NCBI RefSeq assembly: GCF_033153115.1
Contig: NW_026889803.1
Span: 45,570,001 to 45,634,000, forward strand
Direction of reading: 5' to 3'
DNA: 64,000 bases
From: Saccostrea echinata
Lineage: Eukaryota
Of this stretch, positions 33,811 through 46,176 are shown piece after piece (positions within the stretch are counted from its first letter, which is position 1; the number at the start of each line of letters is the position of its first letter). The notes under the pieces are model-generated. The model did not search any database, had not been told where the DNA came from, and saw nothing but the letters and a program-made list of their open reading frames with translations. The translations under genes were made by a program, and so were the position numbers.

Positions 33811-33885
33811 GATTGATTGTTGTTTTATGTCCCGTCCGAGAATTTTTCACTCATATTAGACGTCACCAAATGCCGGTGAAGGACA
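33811..33885 (-). mobile_element. 3' fragment of the SINE family
   Basis: GAGAATTTTTCACTCATATTAGACGTCACC matches 8160-8200 and the reverse complement of 35190-35240. Confidence 0.55.
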
Positions 33886-33928
33886 GGGTACTGAAAATTA
33901 ATGTAATATAGAGTATATGTATGTATAT

Positions 33929-34735
33929 AAACGAAGTATTTTTATGAAACACTGATGCCCCCGTGAGGCAGCTCATGGCAAAGGTTAATTTTTTTCCAAA
34001 TGTACATTGTAAGCCAAACTCTAAGGTCAAGAGGTAAAAAAAATGTTGGTATACGAAGAAAGATCTTGTCACAAGGAATACAAAAATATGGAAATATGAA
34101 AGCTCTAGTATCATCGATTCAGAAGTTATGACCAAGGTTAAAATCTTAAAAAAAAATAAAGTAAAACTCCAAGGACATGAGGTCAAAAATGTATCATAAG
34201 AAAGGTCTAGTCACAAGCAGGCCCGTAGGAAGCAATTTCAGTTAGGGAGTTGTGGGGCACAGCCAAACATTTTCAGTTGAGGGGGCACTATCAACTACCA
34301 AAATTCCTTGACAAGCAAAAAAAAAAGGTCATCAGCCGTTTTTATTGGGGGGGGGGGGGGGCACAAGCATATAGTAGCTAAGTTTTCTATAGTATTCTAT
34401 ATATTGGCCAAATTATTGGGGACACGGCCCCCCGTGACCCCCCCCCCCCCCCCGGTTCCTACGGCCATGACAAGGAATACAGTGAAATATGATAGCCTTT
34501 GTAGCAACCGTTCAAAAGTTATGACCAAGATTTAAGTTTTTCAAAAGTATATTATTCTCCAATTAAGGTCATGAAGTCAAAAATATCAGTATCTAAAGAC
34601 AAGTCTTGTTACAAGGAATGTACATGAGAAATTTGAAAATACTAGCATCAACCATTTAAAACTTATAGCCAAGGTTCAAGTTGGAAAAATTTTGCAAAAG
34701 TGGGTTGAACTCCAGGGTCAAGAATCAAATATTTT
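33929..34735. repeat. Degenerate tandem-repeat element (AAGGTCAA...CTTGTCACAAGGAATAC units), probably HINE-type
   Basis: Three to four ~140-bp related units interrupted by the 34218-34469 MITE. Confidence 0.55.
34218..34469 (+). mobile_element. CAGG...CATG MITE with 5-bp TSD
   Basis: TSD ACAAG at 34213-34217 and 34470-34474; excision restores the host unit GTCACAAGGAATAC. Confidence 0.85.
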
Positions 34736-35058
34736 TCAAAAATTTCAATTTGTTTAATTAAATTCTGCAATATGATGAGGAGCATAACAATGTCCTGATC
34801 TATTGTCCTATGCTACTGGAATGAAGATACTTTGATTGATTTCAGTGTTCCATGCATAACAGCTGAAGGACTTCCTTAAGATAGTCGTTCTCATGTGAGG
34901 GAGAAGTCTACGTTTGCAAGACAAATACTAGTATTGCTGGTAGAACATTTTGTTTTCAAAATAAATCGCTTTCATACAAAAAGTCATATTTATACAATGT
35001 ATTCTCATCTTAATAGAGATTCTTTTTTCTCTTTGAATATTCATAATTAATCAATACA

Positions 35059-35270
35059 TGCGGGATGTGAAGACCAGTCCTTCGGATGAGACCGTATAAA
35101 CCGAGATCCTGTATCCAGTAGGTGCTTGCACGAAAAAGATCCCTCACTGCTCAATGGCCCCCAGAGTATAGGTCTATTTGCAGCCCTCCATCGGCAAGTG
35201 GCGGCGTCTCCATATGGATGAAAAATTCTCGAGAGGGACGTTATTAAAACAACAAACAAAAACAATCAAA
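35059..35270 (+). mobile_element. 5'-truncated Deu/Nin-core SINE
   Basis: CCTTCGGATGAGACCGTATAAACCGAG...AAAAGATCCCTCACTG...(AAAC)n tail; homologous to 8134-8420. Confidence 0.75.
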
Positions 35271-35746
35271 CATCAGTAATTATTTTGAACTTTCCCATAA
35301 TCCACTGAAATATGCCTTGTGTAGTATTTGAGTCAGCTTAGTTACCAATAGTGCACTTGATACCTGAACTTTACAGACTGTAATACAATTTGTCTGAAGA
35401 GTGGCTATGATAAGTTGGAGATTGAAGTAAATAGAGTTGAAGAATAAATTGTAAATCCTAATGGCTTCCATTATGACAGTAGCAGACGCTAGAAACTTTC
35501 TGCTTTCAGGATGTCGGATTTCGTGTATTGTGTGTTCTTTTATGTCTGCCTAAATATTATTATTAAAATACCAAAACCAAAAACCGCTTTTAACAGTTTT
35601 TAAAATATAGTATTTCTCTAAACATTAAAAATCCACATCGATTTAATAAACGATATTTTAACAACTACTAATATCAGCGGTTGTTTTAAAGGGGCCTGGA
35701 CACATCACGTCAAAGACCTGTGTTTGTAAACAGGGGACGGGCTCTG

Positions 35747-36194
35747 TTATTAGTCCCCTACCGGTGAAACCGGAGGGGACTATAGGTTTCCTCTGAGTCT
35801 GTCCGTCCGTCTGTCTGTCTGTCCGTCTGTCCCTCTTTCTGTCTGTCAGTCTGTCCAACTTGGTTTTCCGCACTTTTTTCCTAAAAAGATATTAAGCTGA
35901 TTTTTCATATTTGAGTGTAACTTGATGAGTTACAGATCAAGATTTTTGACGGAATTACGTCATTTTCAATTTTTTTTAGGGTTTTTCGCATTTTCTTTTC
36001 TTAATGCTTGCAGATATTGAGCTGATTTTTTGGTATCTGACTTTACTTTGATTAGTTATAGATTAAGTTTGCATTTCGTTCCGTTTCTATGATTTTTGAC
36101 GGAATTATGGCATTTTCAATTTTTAATGGGAACCAGATTACACTTGCCGGTAGGGGACTAGTATTGCTAATGCAATACTCTCAGAATGCTTGTT
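35747..36194 (-). mobile_element. HINE-like element (TAGTCCCCTACCGG family)
   Basis: Reverse complement of 19143-19612; inserted at a TT within a fragment resembling the centre of the 2650-3427 MITE. Confidence 0.85.
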
Positions 36195-38577
36195 CTTAGT
36201 GTTTACGTTTTACTGGATGTGTTCAGTTTGTTTAGTCTGCACTAGGGATGTCATCGACTATTCGACTATCAGTCTGTATCTGTATGGAGTGCGTTGTAGA
36301 ACCCAATTATGTTTTTTTTTTTTACAACGGTAGAGAGCGCCAGGTTTTATTGGCGTCGTTGTTCCTGTAGGGCGGTCTTAAATCCCTCTACAGTTTTTGC
36401 ATGAGCAACCGTATCTGGTAGATGGTTCCAATGTATGCACGTGTCGACAAAAAATGAGTGTTGGTTTTGCGGTGTTCTGCTGCCAGATATAACTAGACCT
36501 TTGCTGTTGTTAAACACGTGTTCGTGAACTATATTTGTTGTATGGTGGTCCCTGAAATGTCTTGATTTAATTTGGCGTTTAGGTTTGGCGCTTGTGATGA
36601 ATAAATGAGGAGGTACTGACGGCACCAACCCCTCAACCACTTTATACATGAGGATGAGTCTCGGGCTCGTTCTTCTTTCCTCCAGGGTCTCAATATCAAG
36701 GTTCTTTCTCATCGATGTTATTGCTCCCGGGTTTCTACTCTTGTAGTCCTTTTGAATAAATCTTATGGCTCTGTTTTGTATTTTTTCTAATTTGTCAATA
36801 TCCCTTTTGAGGTATGGATTCCAGATGGTTGCTCCATATTCCAAGATGGATCTAACAAGGGATATATATGCGGTTTTTCTGCATTGTTCTGGGACATTTC
36901 GAAGGTACGTTCCTTCTTAAGAAGCCTAAAGTGTTATTCTTACTGATGTTATTTATGTGTAGACTCCATTTGAGATCATTGGAAATTTCAAGTCCAAGGT
37001 ACGGGTTGTTTTGTACTTCTTGGAGGATGTGGTTATTGAGTTAGTATAATTTTGTTATTTTTAGGTTTACTGACATAATATAACACATTTTAGCATTGAA
37101 TCTCATACCCCACTTATTTGCCCAGTCTTCTAGTTGTTTTAGAACATTTTGTAGTATTTGTTGATCATTATTGCCGGTGATGGTTCTGTATAGAAGGCAA
37201 TTATCGGCAAATAAGCGTACAAATGATTTGACAGCATCTGGTAGATCGTTAATGTGGCATAAGAACATTATCGGGGAGAGGACTGTACCCTGCGGCACTC
37301 CAGATCTACTGATGTTTCCTCAGACTCAGTTCCTTCTACTATTGTTTTCATTTTCCTGGTTGTCAAAAAGTTGTTAAGCCAGGTGTGAAGGGTCCCTTGA
37401 ATGCCATATTGATGTACTTTATGGAGTAATTTGTCTTGAGGTACGGTGTCAAAGGCCTTTAATAAATCTAAGATGGCTATGTCGACTTCATGTGACTTGT
37501 CGTGTTCTGTGAGGAAGTCATTTATCGTTGTTAGAAGTTGAGTCTCACATGAATATCCTGAATCTAAAACCATGATTTAAGTTGGTAAGGATGTTGTTTG
37601 TCTCCAGGTGTCTCATGATGTGCCTGCAGATGATATGTTCTAAGAACTTATAAGTAAATGAGGTAAGAGAGACTGGTCTGTAGTTTTCTGGAAGGTGTTT
37701 ATCTCCCTTTTTGAAGATGATAGTTATGTTTGCATCGCTCTAATCCTTTGGTAGTTCCCCAGTGTCGGTTGATTTTTGCAAGATGATTTTCAAGTTTGGT
37801 GCTAACTTAGTTGCACATTCTTGTCATATACGCGGTTTGGTATGTTATCGGAACCGGATGCTTTGGATGGATTTATTTTCTTTGGCAACTTTTCGAGGGC
37901 TTTTTGATTAATTTTAATCGGTATTATAGTACGTTTGGACTTAATTCTTGTATCTGGCATATCCCCTTTTGATGATTTTGTGAAGTCAGATTTAAATTGA
38001 TTGAGTAGTATTTCTGTCTTCCCTTTGCTATCGTTTATCAAAGTTGTCCTTTTTTGAGTGGTGCTATCCCGCTTGAATCTTGCCTTTTTGATTTGACATA
38101 CTTCCAGAACGATTTGTTGTTGTTTTTTTGTAATCCTTCAATGATGTTAAAATTTACATATCCCAACTCCGCTCGTCTTAGTGATCTTTTACATTCTTTT
38201 GGTGTGCTCTGCAGTTGGACCAATTTTTGGTTTTCCTGGCCTGGTTGAAAAGCCTTTGTTTTCTTCTAAGCATTTTCTTGTGTTTATGTTTTATCCATGG
38301 GATGTTATTTATTGATCTTATTTCTTTATTTGGTATGTTTGTGTCCATTGAAGAGTTGCGCTTTGAATGTTGACCATAGTTGTTGTACTGAGTCATTTCT
38401 TGTTTTGTTAGCTTCTAGCTATTGTTGTTTGAAGTTCCTCTAGGTATTTGTTAATATTATCCCAGTTAGCGTTACTATATATATAGCACTTTCTAGTTGG
38501 TGTGCGTTTGTTTTGCACCTTTGTGTCCATATCTGTGATAATGATGTCATGATCCGATATGCCTGGTACATTTATAG

Positions 38578-39625
38578 TGAAATATATGGAGATAACGAAC
38601 AATATTTAAAGGTGCTTGGACACAATTAATATTTTCTCAAGTTTTCGGTATAATATATCATGACTTATAGGTTGCTATAGCATTTCAAACGGAAATAAAA
38701 TAAAAAAAACTTGTTTTATCTGGAAATTATTGAAACTACAAATTTCGGGACGCGTTTGATTGACACATCCTAGCACTTTCATAAAGCAAACTTTATCCTT
38801 AATACTTAAGAAAAGTAAAATTTTTGTTGTGTATTAATGAAATATATTCAAACTATAATCCAGAAAATTCAGAGAAGAAATGTAAGAAAGCAAAACCAAC
38901 TCACCAGTATTGTCAGTCCGTGCTCAGTGATGTGTGCAGAGTTTTACAAATTGAACACACCCGGTGAAACATAAACATTAACAATAACAGAGCTCGTGCC
39001 CTGTTTACAAAAACAATTTACGTTTCATGGGTGTGTTAAGTTTGTTAAACTCTGCACACATCACTGAGCACGGACTGACAATACTGGTGAGTTGGTTTTG
39101 CTTTCTCACATTTCTACTCCTTATTTTCTGGATTATAGTTTAATATTTTTCATTAGTGTACAACAAAATTTCTACTTTTCTTAAGTATTAAGGATAAAGT
39201 TTACTTTGTGAAAGTGCATAGATGTGTCAATCAAATCCCTCCCGAAATTTGTAGCTTCAATTATTTCCAGATAAAATAAGTTTTTTTTTTTTTTATTTCC
39301 ATGTGAAATGCTATAAAACATATAAGTCATGATATTATACCGAAAAATTGAGAAAATATTAACTTCAAATCTGTGTCCAAGCACTTTAAAGCTCAAAAGT
39401 CCATTAAACAATACAAAATAGGAGCAGAGCAAACACGGACCTCCAAAACATCAGAGGTGGGATCAGGTGCCATGGAGGAGTGAGCATCTCCTGCCGACAG
39501 GTCACACCCGCCGTGTGCTCCTTGTCATGATCGGGAAATAACGGAAAATCCGTAGACAATTCAGTGTGTAAAAAATGGTCTAACAATTAGTATGAAAAAC
39601 GTCAGCCAGCATTTGACTCAATGAT
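38578..39625 (-). mobile_element. 3'-end fragment of the Penelope-like family, inserted in the LINE and itself split by a MITE
   Basis: Matches 58617-58860 and 48364-48395; ATAG duplicated at 38574-38577 and 39626-39629; removal restores LINE ...AKSSINVPGISDHD. Confidence 0.75.
38610..39385. mobile_element. Palindromic TTAA MITE (second copy of the 2650-3427 family)
   Basis: TTAA|AGGTGCTTGGACACA...TGTGTCCAAGCACT|TTAA. Confidence 0.85.
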
Positions 39626-39821
39626 ATAGATGACTTTGCTAAGGTTGGATTTGAAACAAAAACCAAGTCCAAAAGGTGATCTTCTCTGGTTGGATGTTCA
39701 TGTATTTGTGTGAGGTTGTTTGCACTCATGATGTCGGCGAGTTCTTGTTGAACTTCCCTGTCTGGTCCCTTTGCTGTCTGTATGTTCCAGCTTATATCTG
39801 GGCAGTTGAAGTCTCCCGTAA

Positions 39822-40288
39822 TTATTAGTCCCCTACCGGTGAAACCAGAGGGGACTATAGGTTTCCTCTGAGTCTGTCCGTCTGTCTGTCTGTCCCTCTG
39901 TCTGTCTGTCAGTCTGTCCCACTTGGTTTTCCGCACTTTTTTCCTAAACGCTTGCAGATATTGAGCTGATTTTTGGTATGTGAGTGTATCTTGATGAGTT
40001 ACAGATCAAGTTTGCATTTCGTTCCGCTTCATTGATTTTTGACGGAATAACGACCTTTTCAATTTTTACGGGTTTTCCGCAATTCTCTTCTAAACGCTTG
40101 TAGATATTGAGCTGATTTTTGGTGTGTAGCTTTACCTTGATTAGTTATAGATCAATTTTGCATTTCGTCCTGCTTCATTAATTTTTTACGGAATTATGGC
40201 ATTTTCAATTCTTAACGGGAACGGAACCAGATTACACTTGCCGGTAGGGGACTAGTATTGCTAATGCAATACTCTCAGAATGCTTGTT
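39822..40288 (-). mobile_element. HINE-like element (TAGTCCCCTACCGG family) inserted in the LINE endonuclease
   Basis: Complete copy; interrupts the APE domain just upstream of IITGDFN; no TSD. Confidence 0.85.
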
Positions 40289-41232
40289 TTGTTTGTGATG
40301 TTGTTTACGTCTATAATTTCTAATGATTTCTTTATTTCGGCCAGGTGTTTCTGTTCTCTATGTGGCATGTAAAATGAGCCAATTAGTAGGTCTTGTTGTT
40401 CTTCACTTTGATTTTTACCCACTGCATTTCCCCTTCTGTTATGAATTCTGGTTTTTCGGTTGATGTTATAGATTTTTCTACAAGGACGAAGACACCCCCT
40501 CCTAATGTACCTCTATCGTTTCTATAGTCATTGTATTCTGGTGGGAATATTTCGCAGGATTTAGTTGCGTCCTTTGATGGATTTCGTCCTGGTTTACCCC
40601 TTTGAGCCATGACTCTGCCCCACATACTATATCTGGTTTTAAATAATGGATAGCTGTTTGAAATTCTTCTTTGATGTCTTTTATGCTCCGGCAGTTATTA
40701 GTCATAATTCGTAGATATTTCCTAGGTTCGAACATCGTAGGGATTGCTGTCCATTCTGGATTTGGCTGAATTTGTTGAGTTATGGTTTTTTTTGGCTTCT
40801 GTCTTTTATGTCTGATCTATTTTGTTTGTTCATTGGACTGCTGGCTCGTAGTGGGTTTAAGACTGAACTTACAGAGTCGATGGTTAAATCGAGTTCCGTG
40901 AGTACTTCGTAAATATTTGATTGTTCTATTTCGTAGCTTCTAAAAGTGAAAGTGTTGACATTAATGCTTTCACATTTGCAACATAGCCATTGTACATTTG
41001 AGCGCTCGAGTAGCTCGTAATCATGGGTACATAATTCTATACACGATTTGTGATGCCAGATGTCGCATGCATCACAACATACCCCTTGGCAATTCCAGGT
41101 CACAGGCAATTCACATAGGCCACATTGGAAAATGCTTTTGTTATTTGGCTCAGGGTTTAATTCGATGTCCCCAGAGAGTATGATTATCAAAAGTGTCTGG
41201 TTTGTCGCTTTCTTGTTACTAAGCGGGATATA

Positions 41233-42867
41233 TACACCTACTCAAAAGTTAAGGACAACCCACTTTGATATGAAATTAAAATTAAAAAAAAAAATTTTTT
41301 TGATTGAATATATCCAGACTTACTAGTCAATCAAACGTTTATTATTTGTTTTTATGTAACATCGATATCTCCAATCAAATACTTGTAAAATCGGTTTCTT
41401 CAAGGCCACCAATGCGTGTTCGAACAATGCAGTTTTCAATTGTATTCACATCCATGTTCGCATGAGCTTAACTGATAGAAAAAAAGTTATAAGTTTTGTG
41501 CAACCATGCCTCGTCGGAAACTCTCGGATGCTGAACGCTGGCAGGCCATTGGAATGGTAAGAACTGGAATGACGTATAGAAGGGTTGGCGAACACTTTAA
41601 TGTCAGTCACACTGTAATTTTTCGTCTGGTACAGCGCTGGAGAAGAACTGGGGGTGTGGAGGAAGCTAAAAGATCTGGAAGACCCCGAAAGACTACAGAG
41701 AGGGAAGATAGACTTCTAAAACGACTAGCTAAACAGAGTCCTTTTGACACTGCAAACACACTGAGAAGCAAATGGAACACCCAAGCTCGAATCAGCAGAA
41801 GCACAGTTAACAGGAGGCTAAACAAGGAACGGATGCGATCACGTCGGCCAATAAAACGTCCACTCTTATCCCAGAGACACAAAGAAGCAAGATTACTATG
41901 GGCATGACAGCATGGGAGGCGGAACATTCTGTCGTGGCAGAGAATACATTGGTCAGATGAAGGCCGCTTTTTGCTTCACCCGGTATTAGGCTGGGTTCGG
42001 GTATGGAGACACCCAAATTCTGCATACAAACAACAACATGTATTGGGAACAAAGGCCTTTGGTGGAGGCGGAGTAACAGTATGGGGGTGTTTCTCTTTGC
42101 GGTGTAAACTGGAGCTGGACATTCTTGATGGCACTTTAACTGCTCAAAAGTACAGGGACAACATACTAAGCCAATTAGTTGTGCCTCATTTCGCTGATCA
42201 TTCATTAGCAAGTCGACCTGTACTAATGGATGACAACGCTAGACCTCATCGGGCCCGAATAGTTAAAGCCTTTCTTCGCCAAGAAGCCATTGAAACTATG
42301 CCCTGGCCCGCCATGTCCCCAGATATGAACCCAATTGAACATGTGTGGGATTATCTTGGTCGTAGAATTGATCAGAGGACCCCAAGATGTGAAAACTTAC
42401 AGAAATGAAAAGACGCTTTAATTCAGGAATGGAGACAATTCCCCCAAAACCGCCTAAGACGACTTGTCCACAGTATGAGAAGGTGTGTAAAAGAAATGTA
42501 CAAAAGTCGTGGTGGATATACACATTATTAAATATCTATGCTTATAAAATGTTGAAAATTGATGACTCTTTAAATGCCAATAAAGTTAAACATGCTTATT
42601 GCCAGCAACTTTTGTCAACAACAAATTAAAGTGAAATTTTAAATTCTACATTTTTTTGACTTGTATTCTTTTCATTGGAAAATTATCATTTGCATAAAAC
42701 AGATTAGATATCAGATGATTTCGAAACATGCATTGATTAAGGAGAGTTTAGATCTACTGAGATTTAAAAACAAAAATTAAATAATTAATTTGATTGGTCT
42801 AAGAGAATGAAAAGTTTAAAGATTTTTCAAAGAAAGAGTGATGGTCCCTAACTTTTGAGTAAGTGTA
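41233..42867 (+). mobile_element. Tc1-family (DD34E) DNA transposon, full length, defective
   Basis: TIR TACACCTACTCAAAAGTTAAGGAC / GTCCCTAACTTTTGAGTAAGTGTA; TA-repeat flanks on both sides. Confidence 0.92.
41506..42531 (+). pseudogene. Tc1 transposase with one in-frame TGA (41905-41907) and a frameshift near 42405
   Basis: HTH region with RSGRPRKTTEREDR; WSDEGRF; VWGCFS; DDNARPH followed after 34 residues by the E of SPDMNPIEHVW; C-terminal RGGYTHY*. Confidence 0.92.
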
Positions 42868-43059
42868 TATATTGGTCTCCTACCCGCTGTATTCATTTTA
42901 ATGTTCATAAGTTGGTATGTAATTTGTTGGTGATTCCATGATTTGACATGGTGTTCAGAGTTGCTTATGGTAAGATGGAATAGTAGAAGTAGAGTCAGTG
43001 CAAACATGGTGAACCAGTATAGCGCGGAGAAACTCGTACTGACTGCATCTGTTTACACT

Positions 43060-43830
43060 GGCCCGTTACTTGCCACTCGGTGTTTCCCAGCGATCTCGCT
43101 TAATTTGTTCTGATATCTTTTTCAACCAGACGTTGGATAGTAATGGGCCTGTGTGAATTCCGTCCACGTAGAGGTTGAAGTTGTGGCGCTTTATGATTTT
43201 TAATTTGCCACCATCTCCTACTTTGACCTTTTTGTCGGTTTGCAGGTCAGATGTGAATTCAAAAGAGTGTGATCATAGTGTTTTGTTACTTTCTCTGACT
43301 TCTTTGTCTAGGTTGTATATCTGTTTTGCTAGGTCTGCATCTTGATCGTCAAATGTGTCTGGGTCCTTATGTCCTTTTCCTTCGTTCCACTTTTTGATTG
43401 AATAAATGGGTGTGTTTAGGATGGTTTCGAGCCTTGGTATTGTTTGATAATTTCTGGTATTTCTCTGTATATTTACTGGTCCTACATACTGGAGATTCTT
43501 TGTATTTCGTCTTCACTGTTGTTTCTAAGACTGTTGTATTCTTTATTTTGCTCGTGAGATCGCACGTTCCTATCCAGACGTATAACCAGATGTCTCCGTG
43601 ATTTATGATATTTTTTGCAATGTTTCTTTTCAGCCTGCTTGTGTTTTCTTCAATCCTTGCTCTACTTTTTGATTGCCAGATGATTTGTTTCTCTACTTCA
43701 TTTGATACATGATTTCGTAGGTAGTTTCCCTTACTATCCAATAAAATAATGGGTTGAAGTTTTCTTTCTCCGATGGGAGCTGGTCGTGATTTTTCTATAT
43801 ATTTCCTCAGTTTGTTTTCTGTCATTGGAT
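43060..43830 (-). pseudogene. LINE ORF1, SGNH/GDSL esterase-like, frameshifted
   Basis: ILLDSKGNYL (block I-like), LYVWIGTCDL (GxND-like) and downstream NLYVDGIH (DxxH) at ~43160-43180. Confidence 0.65.
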
Positions 43831-46106
43831 TGTATATTTGATGATAGAAAATGATGGATGGTTTGGATATAGGATGGATGTTCCTTTTAAATCCAATATG
43901 ACAGTGGTGGGATTCGACAAAGTGGTATATTGGGGCTGGGAACCGTCTTACCAACCTTAAACGCCTACATTACACAAATTACTCATATATCGCGTTTCAA
44001 ACTGTATCCCTAACTAAATAATTTCACTTGATGATGGAATTTCAATGCGTTTACGTAAGTTTTTCACCTCTTGATCTTCCCTGCAAATTTTTCCCGTCTT
44101 TCCTGTCGCGCATGCGCTCTCTTTCTCCCGAATGGATGGACGATCGAATAACGAAACGACATTCGAATAAATAAATTCAATAAAAGAATGATAAAGAGAT
44201 GGAATTATCATCTTAAAATTGAGAAACCGTCTTTCCACAGACACAGTCTGTCAAATCTGTGTCCCAGCCCCTTTAATGCTATCATCATATTCAGAAAGAC
44301 ATAAAAGAACACATTAAACACGAAAAAAGCGCGTGTAATAGTGGCGTGTCAAGTTTATAGTCCTCATGACTATGCAGTAGATCGACCTTAACCACGTAAG
44401 GATCATCAGGCTTTCGGCAATCACTTCTTCCCCCCCCCCCCTCAAAAAAGAAAGAAAAAAGGTTAGTTTTTATCCAAGAATGTTTTAAAATTTGTCATGG
44501 TAAAATGATATTTTTTAATGTCACTTGCTTTGTATTTATTAAAAGAAATACAACATTTCTCTCTGTTCCCAAAATGTTCTCGGAAATTGATAATATAGGA
44601 TATTTAGAATTTTCATTATTATTCTCATCATGAAATGCTTAATTGATATTAGAACTACAATCAGGATTATAAATGGAGACTAATAACAATATTAAATGAA
44701 AGTCGGAGGCAAGTTCTGCTGGCCTTTTAAACCCAATAATTTGGTAATCAGATTTCCGATAATTTGTGACAATATAGTACATACTTCATCAAGTCTGGTG
44801 AAAACCCATCCTCAGTATATATGTCGGGTTTAATGAGTTTAAAGGAATTTTTTTAAAAATGCCCAAGGATACGTCCAAGGATCTGAATTGCAAAATTGGT
44901 TGCAGTCGTGCGGTCTGTTCCGTCAACTCCACGACTGACCATTTGTATCTTCTTTGAACTTCTCTGGAATTTCAGGTTTGTTTTCGAGCTGATGCGAAGT
45001 CCATACCAATTTTTGCGCTTTGGTGCGATACGGTGTCACGGCTGGTCAATTTCGGGTGACTCGATCTGTCATGATTACAAGATCACATACGTTCCGTTAG
45101 GGTGCCCCGACAGAGTCAGCTATTGAATCTCGAACTAACACGATCATCACGATCCGGGTTTCCTATCTGGCACGATTGGGTACATTCACATACATGTCGG
45201 TACGCTTATGTTACAATACGTTATTCATGTACAGATGCGCCTTACATGATGAGATAGTATGCGATTGTTTTCGCGATTTTACCGACATTTTTTGTACAAA
45301 TACAACAGTCATAGTTACGATTAGACAACGACGAGTGCAGGACCTCTTATTTCCACTGTTAAGTGACCATTGCTGAGAAATTGTTTGTGATGAAAAAAAA
45401 GAAGTAATTAGATCAGTGCATGACCTGACTTTTTCCAGTAAGATCCGTCAAAGATACAACATATTGAACTGCCCTTTTAATGTATGTATAAATAGAATTA
45501 TATTTGTGAATATAGTTAAAAAGTTAAGTCGGAATGCGATGACTTCACTTTCCAAAAAAAGAAAAGAAAAGGTCATCAATTTCTATGTTAATCTGGGATA
45601 TCGTATACATGTAGTCATGGATGAAAAATCATTCCATCATTGATCATCAAAAAATCATTACCCCTTTCCAGGTTATATTCATGCATGATGGTAAAGAGAT
45701 CTACCTTCTTTCGGAAAAGCATAATTAAAAATTGTATGTAATTGTATAACATGTCGTATATGGAATATTCCACAAACCATGGCTTTGATTATTCACCTAG
45801 TAAAATGTTCATTAATTAAAAAGGTGTGATTATCTGACATCAGACATATAACTTCTATATATACATGTTTTTCCCTCTAAGAAAAACAGAGCTGCAGTGA
45901 GGTTGTACAGCATGAGGAAGCATTATTTGTCGTAGCGCGCGGTCTCCACAGTTCCCTAGTCGCGCCATCTGGTGAGAGATTGACATTGTTGTGTTTGTGA
46001 GGAAGTTTTATCTTTTAATGGCGTGTACAAGATATGCATATAAGCCTCTTGCCTGTCCCTCACCACCAATGTCATCGTTTTTTGCATAATCTGAAAATAC
46101 ATGCAG

Positions 46107-46108
<2 letters not shown>

Positions 46109-46173
<65 letters not shown>
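46109..46173. repeat. (TA)n microsatellite
   Basis: Perfect dinucleotide run. Confidence 0.95.

Positions 46174-46176
<3 letters not shown>

Larger units (their letters stand above)
36347..43007 (-). pseudogene. LINE ORF2: leader + 2A-like motif + PHD finger + AP endonuclease + reverse transcriptase, frameshifted and interrupted
   Basis: LSGDIELNPEP; C4HC3 CGLC...CDACDIWHHKSC...WLCCKC; APE NCRSI, ESWL, GGGVF, GDFN, LDLVF, SDHD; RT KASGSDNI, SCETQL, KAFDTV, PQGTVLSP, RLFADN; C-terminal EYGATIWNPY. Confidence 0.9.
36270..43830 (-). mobile_element. Near full-length decayed non-LTR retrotransposon (RTEX-like; CR1/L2 group possible) with nested insertions
   Basis: ORF1 esterase-like, ORF2 with PHD-APE-RT fragments, short (ATACAG)n-like 3' tail near 36273-36285. 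Confidence 0.85.

Noticed and set aside
34772-34867. Possible C/D-box snoRNA (ATGATGA...CTGA)
   Set aside because: No terminal stem or recognisable rRNA-antisense guide, and it lies downstream of the NGDN stop rather than in an intron. A snoscan/Infernal search would be needed.
41905-41907. In-frame TGA in the Tc1 transposase as selenocysteine or read-through
   Set aside because: Most simply a CGA>TGA mutation; the ORF also has a later frameshift.
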